Virus record (IMG/VR): IMGVR_UViG_2858842621_000004
DNA length: 64,000 bases
Source of the DNA: a virus
Strand: one strand, 5' to 3'
The position numbers and the translations under genes were made by a program. Positions 38,686-48,215 of this stretch are shown here, piece after piece. Below the pieces are notes generated by a model. The model worked only from the letters and a program-made list of their open reading frames with translations, made no database searches and was not told the DNA's origin. Within the stretch, counting starts at the first letter, position 1. Each line of letters opens with the position of its first letter.

Positions 38686-39741
38686 TTAGGCCGCGCTGGC
38701 GTAAAGCACACCACTGCGGCCTTGAGCGTCGGCCTTGACCTGCAGGCCCGAGGCGCCCCACACGAGCACGTGCCAGTCGTCCATCGGCGTGACTCGAGGA
38801 ATCGGCGTGGTCGTGACCGGCATCCCGACGACCGGCCGGATGTATTCGCTGGACAGGATGATTGCCAGGAACTCGTTGCCGGTAACGGTGTCGGTACGCT
38901 TGAATCCGGCCACACCGGGGATGCGTTGCAGACCTTGCAAAATGGTTTCGGTGTTGCTGGTGCCCGGGTTCGCGATGCGCAGCAGGTTGAACCAGATCGC
39001 GTCGGAGATGTAGAAAGTCACATTGCCGACGGCGTTGTTGCCCTGGCCCTGGAGCGCCTGCAATGCGGCAACGAATGCGCCCCATGCTTGCGCAAAGGTC
39101 AGCGTCGGGCTCGTCAGATCCACATTCAGACCAGCGGCGCCAAGATTCAGCGCGATCGTGTTCGGGTTGTTCTTGATGCCGAAAGCCTGGTAGCTCTTGT
39201 ACGTCAGATCCGGGGTGCCGTCGACAAAGTTGTCCACCGTGCGCTTGCGCACGAAGCGGGTCGCTGCGGCCTGGTCATCCAGCAGAGCGTCGTAGCCTTC
39301 CGAGCGCATGCCTTCCAGCTCGCGCCAGATGCGGCCGACTTGCGTGGAGTGAACCAGAACGATGGCGCCGTCATAGTCGAAGCTGACGTGGTTCACGGGC
39401 TTGCGGTGCTGGCCGTCGATGCTGGAACGGACTTCCAGCTCATCCGCGCCGTAGCGGCGGTATTCGCTGACGATCTTGCCGATGTGGACGTTGCGCGCCA
39501 GCGGCATCAGGTCGTTCAGAAGGACACCGCCCTCGTCCGACAGCATCAGCGTCTTGGTCTGGGTGTCGAAGTCGCGCCACACGTCCGCCGGGATGCGTGC
39601 CTCGTTCACTTCAAGGCCGGCGGCCTTCATCAGGCCGGTTTCATGTTCCCAGTTCGCGGTGCGGGCGTTGACGATGAACTGGTGCTGCTTCTTCAGGCCG
39701 GGATTCGCTTCCAGGCCCTTCTTGTCTACGTAAAAAGCCAT
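38686..39741 (-). CDS. Major capsid protein
   Basis: 351 aa, strongly biased codons, position in head module. Confidence 0.8.
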   Translation of the reverse strand: MAFYVDKKGLEANPGLKKQHQFIVNARTANWEHETGLMKAAGLEVNEARIPADVWRDFDTQTKTLMLSDEGGVLLNDLMPLARNVHIGKIVSEYRRYGADELEVRSSIDGQHRKPVNHVSFDYDGAIVLVHSTQVGRIWRELEGMRSEGYDALLDDQAAATRFVRKRTVDNFVDGTPDLTYKSYQAFGIKNNPNTIALNLGAAGLNVDLTSPTLTFAQAWGAFVAALQALQGQGNNAVGNVTFYISDAIWFNLLRIANPGTSNTETILQGLQRIPGVAGFKRTDTVTGNEFLAIILSSEYIRPVVGMPVTTTPIPRVTPMDDWHVLVWGASGLQVKADAQGRSGVLYASAA

Positions 39742-39752
39742 GTTGGGCCTCC

Positions 39753-40220
39753 TTAGCGGATCTTGATCGGGACCAACTGGTCCAGCGTGGACGTGGTCGG
39801 GGTCGTGCCGGGGAATGCTTTGGCCGGGTCATCGATGTATGCGTGAATCACATCGCCAGTCGCTGCCAACGCAAAGCGGCCGTCAACATTGATGGTGAGT
39901 GGGGCATCGTCAACGATCGCAACCCCTGCCACCATCCGGCCGGCCATCAGGTCGGCCGATCGGGGCGTGTACAGTCGCATGGACGAGCCGCCGCCGACCT
40001 GGTTGTCGTCAACGGAGCCGTGCAACTGCTCACCGATCAGATACCAGAAGTCGCGCTCACCAGTGATCCCCTTCTGGACGGTCATTTCGCCGGCAGCCGA
40101 GGTGATCGTGACCGCCGTACCGGGGAGATAGGTTCCAGTGGCAGGTGCGTTGACTTCACGAGTTTCAGGCGTGGTACGGTGTACGCCGCCGCGGTAAATC
40201 TTGTTCCATTTCACAGCCAT
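39753..40220 (-). CDS. Head decoration protein
   Basis: Size and position between protease/scaffold and capsid. Confidence 0.6.
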   Translation of the reverse strand: MAVKWNKIYRGGVHRTTPETREVNAPATGTYLPGTAVTITSAAGEMTVQKGITGERDFWYLIGEQLHGSVDDNQVGGGSSMRLYTPRSADLMAGRMVAGVAIVDDAPLTINVDGRFALAATGDVIHAYIDDPAKAFPGTTPTTSTLDQLVPIKIR

Positions 40221-40231
40221 GATCGGCCTCC

Positions 40232-41470
40232 TTATTCCGGAACTTCGTCGAAGCGCGGCTTGCCGGCGTCGGCAACCTGGCCATTGGTGATCGGTGCCGC
40301 GGTGCCCAGCGCCTTGAACATGACATCCAAGGGCTCACCCGACAGCGCGTTGGCCACAATGTCGCCGTGAACGGCGGCCACGGCCTTACGCTTGTCGGCC
40401 TCTTCGGCCTTGGCGTTGGCCGTCAGGGCGTCGGACAGGGCCTTGTGGTTGGTTTCCAAGCTCTCTACCTTCGCGGTCAGGGGCTTGATTTGCTCCGCCA
40501 GGTTGGCGGCAATGGCTTTGCTGATGTCGTTGGTCAGCTCGGCCTTTTCTTCAGCGGTCAGAGGCATATTGCCCTCCAGAGGTTTATCAGGCCGAGCCTG
40601 ATGGTTGAAAACTCGTTTGAAGCTGTTCACCACGGTGGTGACCCAGGATTCTTGGCGGACGACGGGAGAACCGACGTCATCGAAGACGATCTTTCCGCCC
40701 TCGGTGGCATATCCATAGACTTCAGCCACCCCGCCGTTACGCACCAGGACGGCTTGGGTATCCGTGAAATCGGCCACCCAGACGTAATCCTCGGCGCCCG
40801 GAGCGAAGCGCGCCTTGGCGGCGGCTTGAATACGGCTCTCACGCTCTCGGAACGATTCACCCACTAGCGCGCCGGCATTCACATGGAGCGGCTTTGCCTG
40901 ATCAGCGTTGACCATCAGGCCCACACCCTGCTCAGGGGTCGCGGCGCCAGGCTCATCGAGCAAGATGGCGTCGTGATCAATACCGTGGATCTTGGCTATC
41001 CACTCATAGCCGTCAGCGTTGACAGCTGGCTCCCGCTCGAGGAATACGGCAACGCTGGTATGCACGGGCTCGCCCTCTCCTTTCTCGAGTTTCTCTACGC
41101 GCTCAATCACGCGGCGGCCACCCTCGGTAGTCTGCGCGACCTCAACGTCAATCCACTTCTCGGTGTAAACGCGGTTGCCGACCAGCTTCGTATTGCGGTT
41201 CCAGGCGCCGATATGGCCCAGGTTGATGCCTTCCGGGGAGAACGCGGACACGAACGCACCGTTTACGGTGGGATGGCCCAGCGGCGCCAACGTGCCTTCA
41301 AGCTTCTGATAGTTGGCGACGATCTGATCCTTCGGGTAAAGGCCGCCATTCATGACCACGTCGAACGGCATCGTGTAGCTGGGGATTACGATGTGCTCAC
41401 GGCCGTTGTGCTGCTCCCGGCGGATTGACTTGCTGTTGACCTGCGTGCGGATGTTTACCTGCATCGGCAT
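40232..41470 (-). CDS. Prohead protease/scaffold (DUF2213-like)
   Basis: APLGHP, DHDAILLDEPGAA, coiled-coil C-terminus. Confidence 0.75.
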   Translation of the reverse strand: MPMQVNIRTQVNSKSIRREQHNGREHIVIPSYTMPFDVVMNGGLYPKDQIVANYQKLEGTLAPLGHPTVNGAFVSAFSPEGINLGHIGAWNRNTKLVGNRVYTEKWIDVEVAQTTEGGRRVIERVEKLEKGEGEPVHTSVAVFLEREPAVNADGYEWIAKIHGIDHDAILLDEPGAATPEQGVGLMVNADQAKPLHVNAGALVGESFRERESRIQAAAKARFAPGAEDYVWVADFTDTQAVLVRNGGVAEVYGYATEGGKIVFDDVGSPVVRQESWVTTVVNSFKRVFNHQARPDKPLEGNMPLTAEEKAELTNDISKAIAANLAEQIKPLTAKVESLETNHKALSDALTANAKAEEADKRKAVAAVHGDIVANALSGEPLDVMFKALGTAAPITNGQVADAGKPRFDEVPE

Positions 41471-41472
41471 GG

Positions 41473-42399
41473 CTATTCCTTGTCATCGGCCCACGGGCCG
41501 TTGCCTTTGTCTTTCATGACCTGGTAGTTCTTGCGCGCCCGATCGACGATGGCCGGAACCAGTGGCTCGCCTTTCTCATCCACCAGGACGGAAACCTGGC
41601 TGCATTTGCAGTTGATCGCGTTGGCGTCCCTCGAGTACCACTCCCGCGTTTCCTCGCTGGTGAACAGCTTCGCGTGGCGCCGAGCGTGAGACGGCCGAGT
41701 TGTGGGGCTCAACGCTGAGATATGCATCAGCTTGGCCTGCGTGCCGTAGTCTTCCTGCGCTTGGTCCTGCTCGTCCCACCGCGCACGCCGCAGCGCCATC
41801 GGCACTTCAGTGCGGGCTATCCGGTGTCCGCGACGGGCCTCGATGCCCGTCTGCTCGGTAAGGTTCCTGGCGATATCGCGGGGGTTCAGCCCACGCCCCA
41901 TTCCATCTGACAGGATGCGGGACATATCGGCCTTCACCTGTCCCGACAGCCCCTTCATTTCCTCGAACTGGCGGGCACGCAGCAGTGACAATCGAGCCTG
42001 ATAGGGCTCAGACCTCAGCAACGCCTGAAGCGAATCACGCCCCGCCTTGTAGGCTGGAGATTGCTGGCCAAGGTTGGCGTACTCCTGCGCCGTTCCGCGC
42101 TGATACGCCACACCCACATAGGACTCGAAGAGCCATAGGTTGCGCTCCCCGCCCTCCAGCAATATTTCGTCTACTAGGCGATCGGTGTCAGCGAACATCG
42201 ACGAAAGCAACGCCTGATCAAGTCTGAACGTGTATCGCTTATTCACCGCCGGCTCCGCAGGGATACGGGCGAGCGCCTCGACGTAGCCTGTCCTGATCCG
42301 ACGCATGCGCCGGTCAAAGTCCTTCATGGCGCCCCGCTCGAGCCGATCTACCCCTGTTGGGTCTGCCTGACTACTCGGCAGGATCGGGGAGCGGGCCAT
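41473..42399 (-). CDS. Head morphogenesis protein (Mu F / SPP1 gp7-like)
   Basis: RIARTE, TRPSHA.RH, INCKC. Confidence 0.85.
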   Translation of the reverse strand: MARSPILPSSQADPTGVDRLERGAMKDFDRRMRRIRTGYVEALARIPAEPAVNKRYTFRLDQALLSSMFADTDRLVDEILLEGGERNLWLFESYVGVAYQRGTAQEYANLGQQSPAYKAGRDSLQALLRSEPYQARLSLLRARQFEEMKGLSGQVKADMSRILSDGMGRGLNPRDIARNLTEQTGIEARRGHRIARTEVPMALRRARWDEQDQAQEDYGTQAKLMHISALSPTTRPSHARRHAKLFTSEETREWYSRDANAINCKCSQVSVLVDEKGEPLVPAIVDRARKNYQVMKDKGNGPWADDKE

Positions 42400-43738
42400 C
42401 GTCGTCCTCGTCTGGCAGGGGCTCGGTGTCGCCCAAGGCGTCGTAGCCTGCCGCCTCCCGTATCTCGTCTGCGGTGAAAACCTCAGCGCCGGACGCTTGA
42501 GCAGTCTGGTTAATCTCGCTCATCACCTTGGCGTTGCCCAGCTTGTCGGCCTGGGTCGCTTCGGTCAGGTCGTCCCACATTACCGTGTATTCGGATATGG
42601 GCTTGATCACGCCGATGCGCGTCAGATGCTCCACTAGGTCGTGGATTTCCATGCCGAGGTCGGCACGGCGAGACTGGCACCGAGCATTGAAGTACTTCTG
42701 GTCTTCGGAGCTGGCGCGCTCGCCAGTCTGCATCCCCACCAGGATCTTGGTGGGGATATCCAGCGCGGCGCCAGCCGTCTGCAGGTTGACGTTGTAGGTC
42801 GGGGCCGGGTCGGCGACTGCCGTTACTAGGGGGCTGACCGTGGCGCCCTGCGTCACCAGCAGAGCGTCATTGCCGCGGTTGACCTCACGGGCTGCCTCGT
42901 TGAAACGGGCCTGCAACTGCTCAAGAGAAACACCATAGGCTTGGGCGATGCTGCTCAGGTCCACTTCCTTGTCATAGCTGACCGAGAGTTGGCGGGACGC
43001 GTTCTTCAGGAAGGATTCGCCCGATCCGCCTTCAACCTTTTCCAGGCTAACGAAGGCGTTGTAGGCCGGCTCCAAGAAGCCGATCGCATCACATGACGCG
43101 TCCCCCAGGATGAACACGCGGTCAGGGTGAATATCCACCTGGCGCCCGGCGTTTCCGTTCATCCCATGTTCGGTGTACTGCCACTTGGTGACCTGGCCAT
43201 ACCCCTCGTCCTGAGCGTTGGTGTTGAACCCAGCTGGCCTCAGGCTTCCCGCCCAGGTCGGGATCATTTTGACCAGCATCGATCCCTTGCGCTTGATAGG
43301 CTCGTCCCACCGGCCGCTGTCCCTCACCTGTAGGAGCAGGCCAGAGTAGCGCCCGACCAGGCGACGCTTGTCGGCTTCGGCGACCGAGCGCCAGAACTTG
43401 GGCGTGAATACCTGCTTGTTGCCCCTCTCCCACGGGGTTTCGTCCCTCGCGTTGTCCTGGTCGTCGCCCTCGATCACCCAGGGATTCGTTTTCCAGCACG
43501 CAGAGATGATCTTGCCGATTGCCCCGTGCGCGATACCGCCACGACGATACAGTGCGTAGAAGTCATCAAAGCCGATGCACTCAGGGAATCCGTACTCGCA
43601 CCAGGCCTGGGGCCGCTTATTGTCGATCCCGTGCCCGCCCAGTAGGCCCATGCGGGCCCTGGCGATCTGTGCCTGGCTGAGCGCGGCATTCACAGCTAGC
43701 TGGAGCCGCGCGTTGGTATTTGGCTTTGACATGCTCAT
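42371..43738 (-). CDS. Portal protein (DUF1073-like)
   Basis: Follows terminase; IHPDRV, IPTKILVG. Confidence 0.8.
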   Translation of the reverse strand: MSMSKPNTNARLQLAVNAALSQAQIARARMGLLGGHGIDNKRPQAWCEYGFPECIGFDDFYALYRRGGIAHGAIGKIISACWKTNPWVIEGDDQDNARDETPWERGNKQVFTPKFWRSVAEADKRRLVGRYSGLLLQVRDSGRWDEPIKRKGSMLVKMIPTWAGSLRPAGFNTNAQDEGYGQVTKWQYTEHGMNGNAGRQVDIHPDRVFILGDASCDAIGFLEPAYNAFVSLEKVEGGSGESFLKNASRQLSVSYDKEVDLSSIAQAYGVSLEQLQARFNEAAREVNRGNDALLVTQGATVSPLVTAVADPAPTYNVNLQTAGAALDIPTKILVGMQTGERASSEDQKYFNARCQSRRADLGMEIHDLVEHLTRIGVIKPISEYTVMWDDLTEATQADKLGNAKVMSEINQTAQASGAEVFTADEIREAAGYDALGDTEPLPDEDDDGPLPDPAE

Positions 43739-43932
43739 TCCGATTTGAGAATCAGGCCGGGCCTGTCGTCGTGGCGCACCAGGTCAACGCTCGATTGATC
43801 CGGGTCGCGCCAGACGGCTGTACCCTCGGCCCCGGCATTCTCGACAGCCACGGCGCGCGCGCACGAGACGCACTTCGCCCGCACGATCATGGACTTGCCA
43901 CTGTCGCGCTGAGTGACCTTGAAGATTGCCAT
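43735..43932 (-). CDS. Small hypothetical protein
   Basis: Fills the terminase-portal gap with tight junctions. Confidence 0.55.
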   Translation of the reverse strand: MAIFKVTQRDSGKSMIVRAKCVSCARAVAVENAGAEGTAVWRDPDQSSVDLVRHDDRPGLILKSE

Positions 43933-45183
43933 TTACCGTCCTGGGAGAAGCATGCCGATGGCGCCGCGGCGCTTGATCAGCGGCCCCAGCGCGTAACGTG
44001 TCGCGTCAATGTAGTGATTGTTCTTGTCTACGATCTCGGTCAGGACATCGCCAGTCAGGCGGTCCATCTTGTAGCTGTAGGTCCTGGCCTCGTGTAGCGT
44101 CTTGACGCAGCGAGGATGGATGATGATTTCCTTGTAGCTGCGCAGATGGCTGATGCCGTCCTCAACGCTACCCTTCCACTTCTCCACTCCGACGATTCTC
44201 GGCAAAGCTAGACGCCTGCCATGGCCCGTACTCTTCACGTGGCTGATCGTCTCCGGCCGAGCCGAGTCCGCACGGACAACGTGCTGCTCGACACCGGGCA
44301 GGCGCTCGATCATGAACTTTGCGATGTCGTCGTTCTCCAGACCAACCTTGCCGGCTTCGTGCTCGATATACAGTCTTTGGTCGTGAATGCCACATCGCAC
44401 GCCGGCCGTCGGATCCTGCGAGAACCCCCAGTCAATGCCGAAATACGGGCCGTCGAACTGGTCGAACTCGAATTCCGCGACACGGTACTTCCCGGCCAAG
44501 ATCTGCGCTTCGCTGTTTTCGCGGTACGCGCCGTCCCAAATCCAGGCATACGTCTGATCGTCCAACCGGTCACGGTCATCCAGCCGTTCCTGGTCAAGTT
44601 CAGCGGGGAACCACGGGTTGTCCGTGTAATTGAGCTCGACAATCTTGGCGCCGGTAGGCGGATTCTTGCGAAACCGCTCATCCGTCGGGCTGCCATCCTT
44701 CTCCGGGTTCCAGGTAATCCAGATTTCGGACCCGGATTCTCGGACAGTGGGGGCCAGCTTCTGCCACGCGACCTTGCTGACGCTTTCGGCCTCATCCACC
44801 CAAGCTATGAGAATGCGCGCCTTGGATTTGATGCTGTCCACATTGTGGCGGAGCCCGGCGAAAACGTATGAAACACGCCGGTTTTTGGTCCGGACATACT
44901 TCTCGCCAATTTCAAAGTAGGCATCAAGCCACGGCACCGAGCGAATTGCCTGTTTGACCTCCTCCATAGAGGAATCTTCCAGGCTATTCATGAACTCTCG
45001 GCCGCACAGGATCACACCAGACGCGCCGGCCTCCGCGAACATGTATGCGCGAACGGCTGTCATCAATGCGAACGAGCGGGTCTTCCCCGATCCCCGCCCG
45101 CCATGCGCGCCCCTGTACCGGGCCTGCCCGCTGAATACCGGGATCAGCTTTGGCGGTAGCTCAATCCTCGCTCTGTCGGACAT
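43933..45183 (-). CDS. terL: Terminase large subunit (PBSX family)
   Basis: GGRGSGKT, WVDEAE, TWNP, GIDWGF..DP, NHYIDATRYA. Confidence 0.95.
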   Translation of the reverse strand: MSDRARIELPPKLIPVFSGQARYRGAHGGRGSGKTRSFALMTAVRAYMFAEAGASGVILCGREFMNSLEDSSMEEVKQAIRSVPWLDAYFEIGEKYVRTKNRRVSYVFAGLRHNVDSIKSKARILIAWVDEAESVSKVAWQKLAPTVRESGSEIWITWNPEKDGSPTDERFRKNPPTGAKIVELNYTDNPWFPAELDQERLDDRDRLDDQTYAWIWDGAYRENSEAQILAGKYRVAEFEFDQFDGPYFGIDWGFSQDPTAGVRCGIHDQRLYIEHEAGKVGLENDDIAKFMIERLPGVEQHVVRADSARPETISHVKSTGHGRRLALPRIVGVEKWKGSVEDGISHLRSYKEIIIHPRCVKTLHEARTYSYKMDRLTGDVLTEIVDKNNHYIDATRYALGPLIKRRGAIGMLLPGR

Positions 45184-45589
45184 TGGGCGCTACCAGCTCA
45201 ATTGTGTTCGGCATCGTGGGGATGGGGCCGCCATTGGGGCCACTGTGCTCGACTACTTGCTTGTCAAGGCCAAGCAGCTTTGCTTTGCCCATAGTCGCGG
45301 CGACCGCTGCGGACGACTGAACCGATTCCGCGGTTAGCGCAGCTTGCCGCGCTTCTTCCAACTCGCGCAGCAGGTCATCCACGGTCAACTTGTGGCGCTC
45401 AGCGTGCGCGGCCTGTAACTCTGCCACCCTTACCGAAACCTTACCGTGGGCCAGTAGTTCGCTGGCCTTCACTGCGACCACGGCAGGTTTCATCTTCTCG
45501 GCACTGTATGAGCGCCGGTATGCTTCGGAAGCATTGCCCGTCTCCACGTAAGCAAGGGCAAAGGCCTCCTGCTTTGGAGTCAGGGCCAT
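45161..45589 (-). CDS. terS: Terminase small subunit
   Basis: LTPKQEAFALAYVETGNASEAYRRSY, AKLLGL, EHSGPNGGPI. Confidence 0.9.
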   Translation of the reverse strand: MALTPKQEAFALAYVETGNASEAYRRSYSAEKMKPAVVAVKASELLAHGKVSVRVAELQAAHAERHKLTVDDLLRELEEARQAALTAESVQSSAAVAATMGKAKLLGLDKQVVEHSGPNGGPIPTMPNTIELVAPNVRQSED

Positions 45590-45772
45590 CGTTGTTCCTT
45601 AGTGTGAATTGCGCGCCCCTACCGCCATGAACGAGCCCTGGGAGATGTAGGGAACGGCATGGCGCGCTGCTGGTGTTGTTTCGGACACTTGCCAGCTTGT
45701 CCGGGCAGCGGTGAGCAGATTGGCCTGTGACCTGGCGGTCGGAACGGCCGATGCGCACCATCCTGCGCTAAC

Positions 45773-45800
45773 AAAAAAGCCCCGGCTCTATGCCGAGGCT
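45773..45800 (-). terminator. Intrinsic terminator upstream of late genes
   Basis: Minus strand AGCCTCGGC-ATAGA-GCCGGGGCT-TTTTT. Confidence 0.7.
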
Positions 45801-45808
45801 ATATTTCT

Positions 45809-46102
45809 TCAGGGCGCAAGTACCCGCACGTATTGTGATGGTTTCTGAAATGCTTTTCCAGAACCTGATGTTATGCTTTTCCACCAGTACTCAGCATGGG
45901 CGCCGCTCGCAACTTCATCTCGAGAGCTGGCGATATGCCCCGTATCTTCGAGAGCGATCAATACCCGCCACACTCCTGTGCGCACCACGGCCCGATGGCG
46001 CTGGTCGGCCCTCGGTGCCACATGGTTGATGATCTGACGCATTTTGAAGCGGCGCTCCGGATAGGCCGCCATCAAGTCCATCACTTCATGCGCGTACTTC
46101 AT
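45809..46102 (-). CDS. Hypothetical phage protein (wHTH-like)
   Basis: Operonic, overlaps upstream stop. Confidence 0.6.
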   Translation of the reverse strand: MKYAHEVMDLMAAYPERRFKMRQIINHVAPRADQRHRAVVRTGVWRVLIALEDTGHIASSRDEVASGAHAEYWWKSITSGSGKAFQKPSQYVRVLAP

Positions 46103-46491
46103 TCAAACTTCCTCCACACCTGCTGCTTGAAGCTTCCCAACGCCACTTTGTAGTACGGCAGAGCGATCCCGATAACCCTGCAGGCCTTGTCCTGGCGTAA
46201 GTGGACCGGCAGGTCGCCGTAGTCCGCCCGCCGCGTGTACTCGGCCTGGATGACGCGCTGCTCGACGAGCGGGAGCGCCTCGTATAGGCGATGAACCTCG
46301 CGTGCACGTTCGTGGTTTACGGGGATTCGCGGCAGTTCGATGTCGTCCTCGTGGCCGGGCTTAGGTGGGAAGTCGCATACTTCAGGCTCCTCGCCCATCG
46401 GCCCACACGGGCCTGGCCACTCCCCTTCCCACTGCGAGCGCGCCCAGTTTTGGATCTCGTCCTCTACCCACCGGGGGAATCCTTCCGTCAT
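46099..46491 (-). CDS. Antiterminator Q-like protein
   Basis: IQNWARSQW...LP.VEQRVIQAEY...IGI; position before late genes. Confidence 0.6.
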   Translation of the reverse strand: MTEGFPRWVEDEIQNWARSQWEGEWPGPCGPMGEEPEVCDFPPKPGHEDDIELPRIPVNHERAREVHRLYEALPLVEQRVIQAEYTRRADYGDLPVHLRQDKACRVIGIALPYYKVALGSFKQQVWRKFE

Positions 46492-46624
46492 GCCAACCAC
46501 CCGCGCCGCAGGGCCCATGCCCGATAGGCCGCCTCGAAGGAAGATCGAGGGCTGGGGCCAACCAAGCCACACCAAACTAGCCACATGCCGCGCTCCTGCC
46601 GCGCGCGGGGTTTCTCGATGATCG

Positions 46625-46990
46625 TCATAGCTCCACCTGTTCGATAGATACCCGAACCATTCCACCCTTCACCTTTTCTCGAATTTCGGCAGGCGCGAAA
46701 TGGAACCCACGGTCATTCATGCCGATAGCATCCGCGATGCCGTCCGTCGCTGCTTTCATCCGCGCTGCCAAGTTGTCGCGGTCATATGCGCGCGCTTGCG
46801 GTGGGAAAAACTCGTAGGCCAACCGGACGGCTTTAAATTGGCTGAAGCAGTCGGCCTTGGACAGAGCCGAGCGCGCAAGCAGCCTCGCAGTCGTGCGATA
46901 ACGGCTTTTTGCCTTGGAAACAGGCGCCCAGTGTCCCCGATGGTTCGGACTCAATTCTTTAGGCGGCCATGGAAGTTCTACGGTGATCAT
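46625..46990 (-). CDS. RusA-like Holliday junction resolvase
   Basis: LPWPP..LSPN, FFPP....DRDNL...K...DGIAD...ND. Confidence 0.8.
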   Translation of the reverse strand: MITVELPWPPKELSPNHRGHWAPVSKAKSRYRTTARLLARSALSKADCFSQFKAVRLAYEFFPPQARAYDRDNLAARMKAATDGIADAIGMNDRGFHFAPAEIREKVKGGMVRVSIEQVEL

Positions 46991-47172
46991 GCTGCCCTCT
47001 TGCCCAGTCGATATTGTCTTCTGACTTCCATTTCCAATTCCTCCCGCGCCGCTGCGCCACGTCGTTTTCCCACCAAATCTAGGTATGGCCTACGTTTCTC
47101 AAAAGGCCATGCCAGGATTTGCCTCGCCTCGCACTGCCGCCTGTGTTCTTCTGTGTCGCTGTATCCCTTCAT
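46987..47172 (-). CDS. Hypothetical phage protein
   Basis: EEHRRQCEAR...YL..V.KRRG motif common in lambdoid phages. Confidence 0.65.
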   Translation of the reverse strand: MKGYSDTEEHRRQCEARQILAWPFEKRRPYLDLVGKRRGAAAREELEMEVRRQYRLGKRAA

Positions 47173-47396
47173 CTCTAGAACCCCTTACCCATCACCTGAA
47201 CCCGAGCTGGACAGACCCCGCCTATCCTGGAGGGGCCTTCACATGAACCGTCACCGTTCCATGACCCGTCAGCCTTTTCGATCACAGGGTGCTAACTTCG
47301 CCGCCCTTGCTCCTGTTTCAGATCTATCCCACAGTAGGAGCCTCTTCCTGCGCCGCTGTCGTTAAGCTATGTCCGACCAACGCAGTGCTTTACCGC

Positions 47397-48215
47397 TTAC
47401 GCACGTCGTCGTAGCAGCCCTCCAAGTTCCATAGACAGGGCAAACGATCCGCGGCGCTGGTGCGCGTCGTTGAAGTCCTCGCCAACCACGTCGCTCATCC
47501 AATACGGCCAGCCAATCTCACGCGCCACACGCTCACCCGTGCCGCTGGCGTCGTTATCGGCCAACACGATGCCTCCGGGCAGACCCTGCGCGATACGCTT
47601 CATATTCCCGGCGCTGAAGGTGACGTGAAGCACGTATGCGGCCTTTAGGTTGCGCAGCACGACTTGAGCTGATAGCGCTGTTGCGTAGCCTTCACACAGG
47701 ATGTGCCTGCCAGATTGGCCGATGACGAATTCCGCTCCGCCCGATCGTTGGCCATACAGGAACTTCTTGTCGCCGTCTTCGCTAATAAGCTGGCAGCCCA
47801 CAAGATGACGGCCATGACGCATCGGAACCACTGCCAGTCCATCCTTCCAGACGTTCACCAGCAGTTCCGGAAAGCCTTTGGCGGCGAAATATGGATGCGT
47901 GGCTATCTCGCAGTCAGCCAAGATATCGGCAGCCTTCTGCGCTGCTTTCCTGGCTTGCTCTTCGGCCTCTTTCATCGCATCACGATTTACCTGGCGGGTG
48001 CGCTGGCGGATCTCGTCGCTGGTCGTCCCGCGCCACACTGCCGGCTCTTCCATGGTGGCCCAGTTCTGCACGAAGCCGACGTCTCCCAGCCACTTCACAG
48101 CGCCATTTCGGCTACGCGGCTTGTCCTCAGTGCGGACGCGCACCCAACGCCCCTCAGGTGGCAAGCCATCCAGCATCACGCCGTGGGCACGGGCGAATTG
48201 AACGAAGTCCATCAT
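47397..48215 (-). CDS. Toprim-domain primase-like protein
   Basis: HPYF..KG, CEGYATALS, FSAGN, ADND, DFND. Confidence 0.85.
   Translation of the reverse strand: MMDFVQFARAHGVMLDGLPPEGRWVRVRTEDKPRSRNGAVKWLGDVGFVQNWATMEEPAVWRGTTSDEIRQRTRQVNRDAMKEAEEQARKAAQKAADILADCEIATHPYFAAKGFPELLVNVWKDGLAVVPMRHGRHLVGCQLISEDGDKKFLYGQRSGGAEFVIGQSGRHILCEGYATALSAQVVLRNLKAAYVLHVTFSAGNMKRIAQGLPGGIVLADNDASGTGERVAREIGWPYWMSDVVGEDFNDAHQRRGSFALSMELGGLLRRRA

Noticed and set aside
42371..43738. Anti-CBASS (Acb1-like) function sometimes attached to DUF1073 proteins
   Set aside because: Size and position between terminase and head morphogenesis genes indicate a portal.
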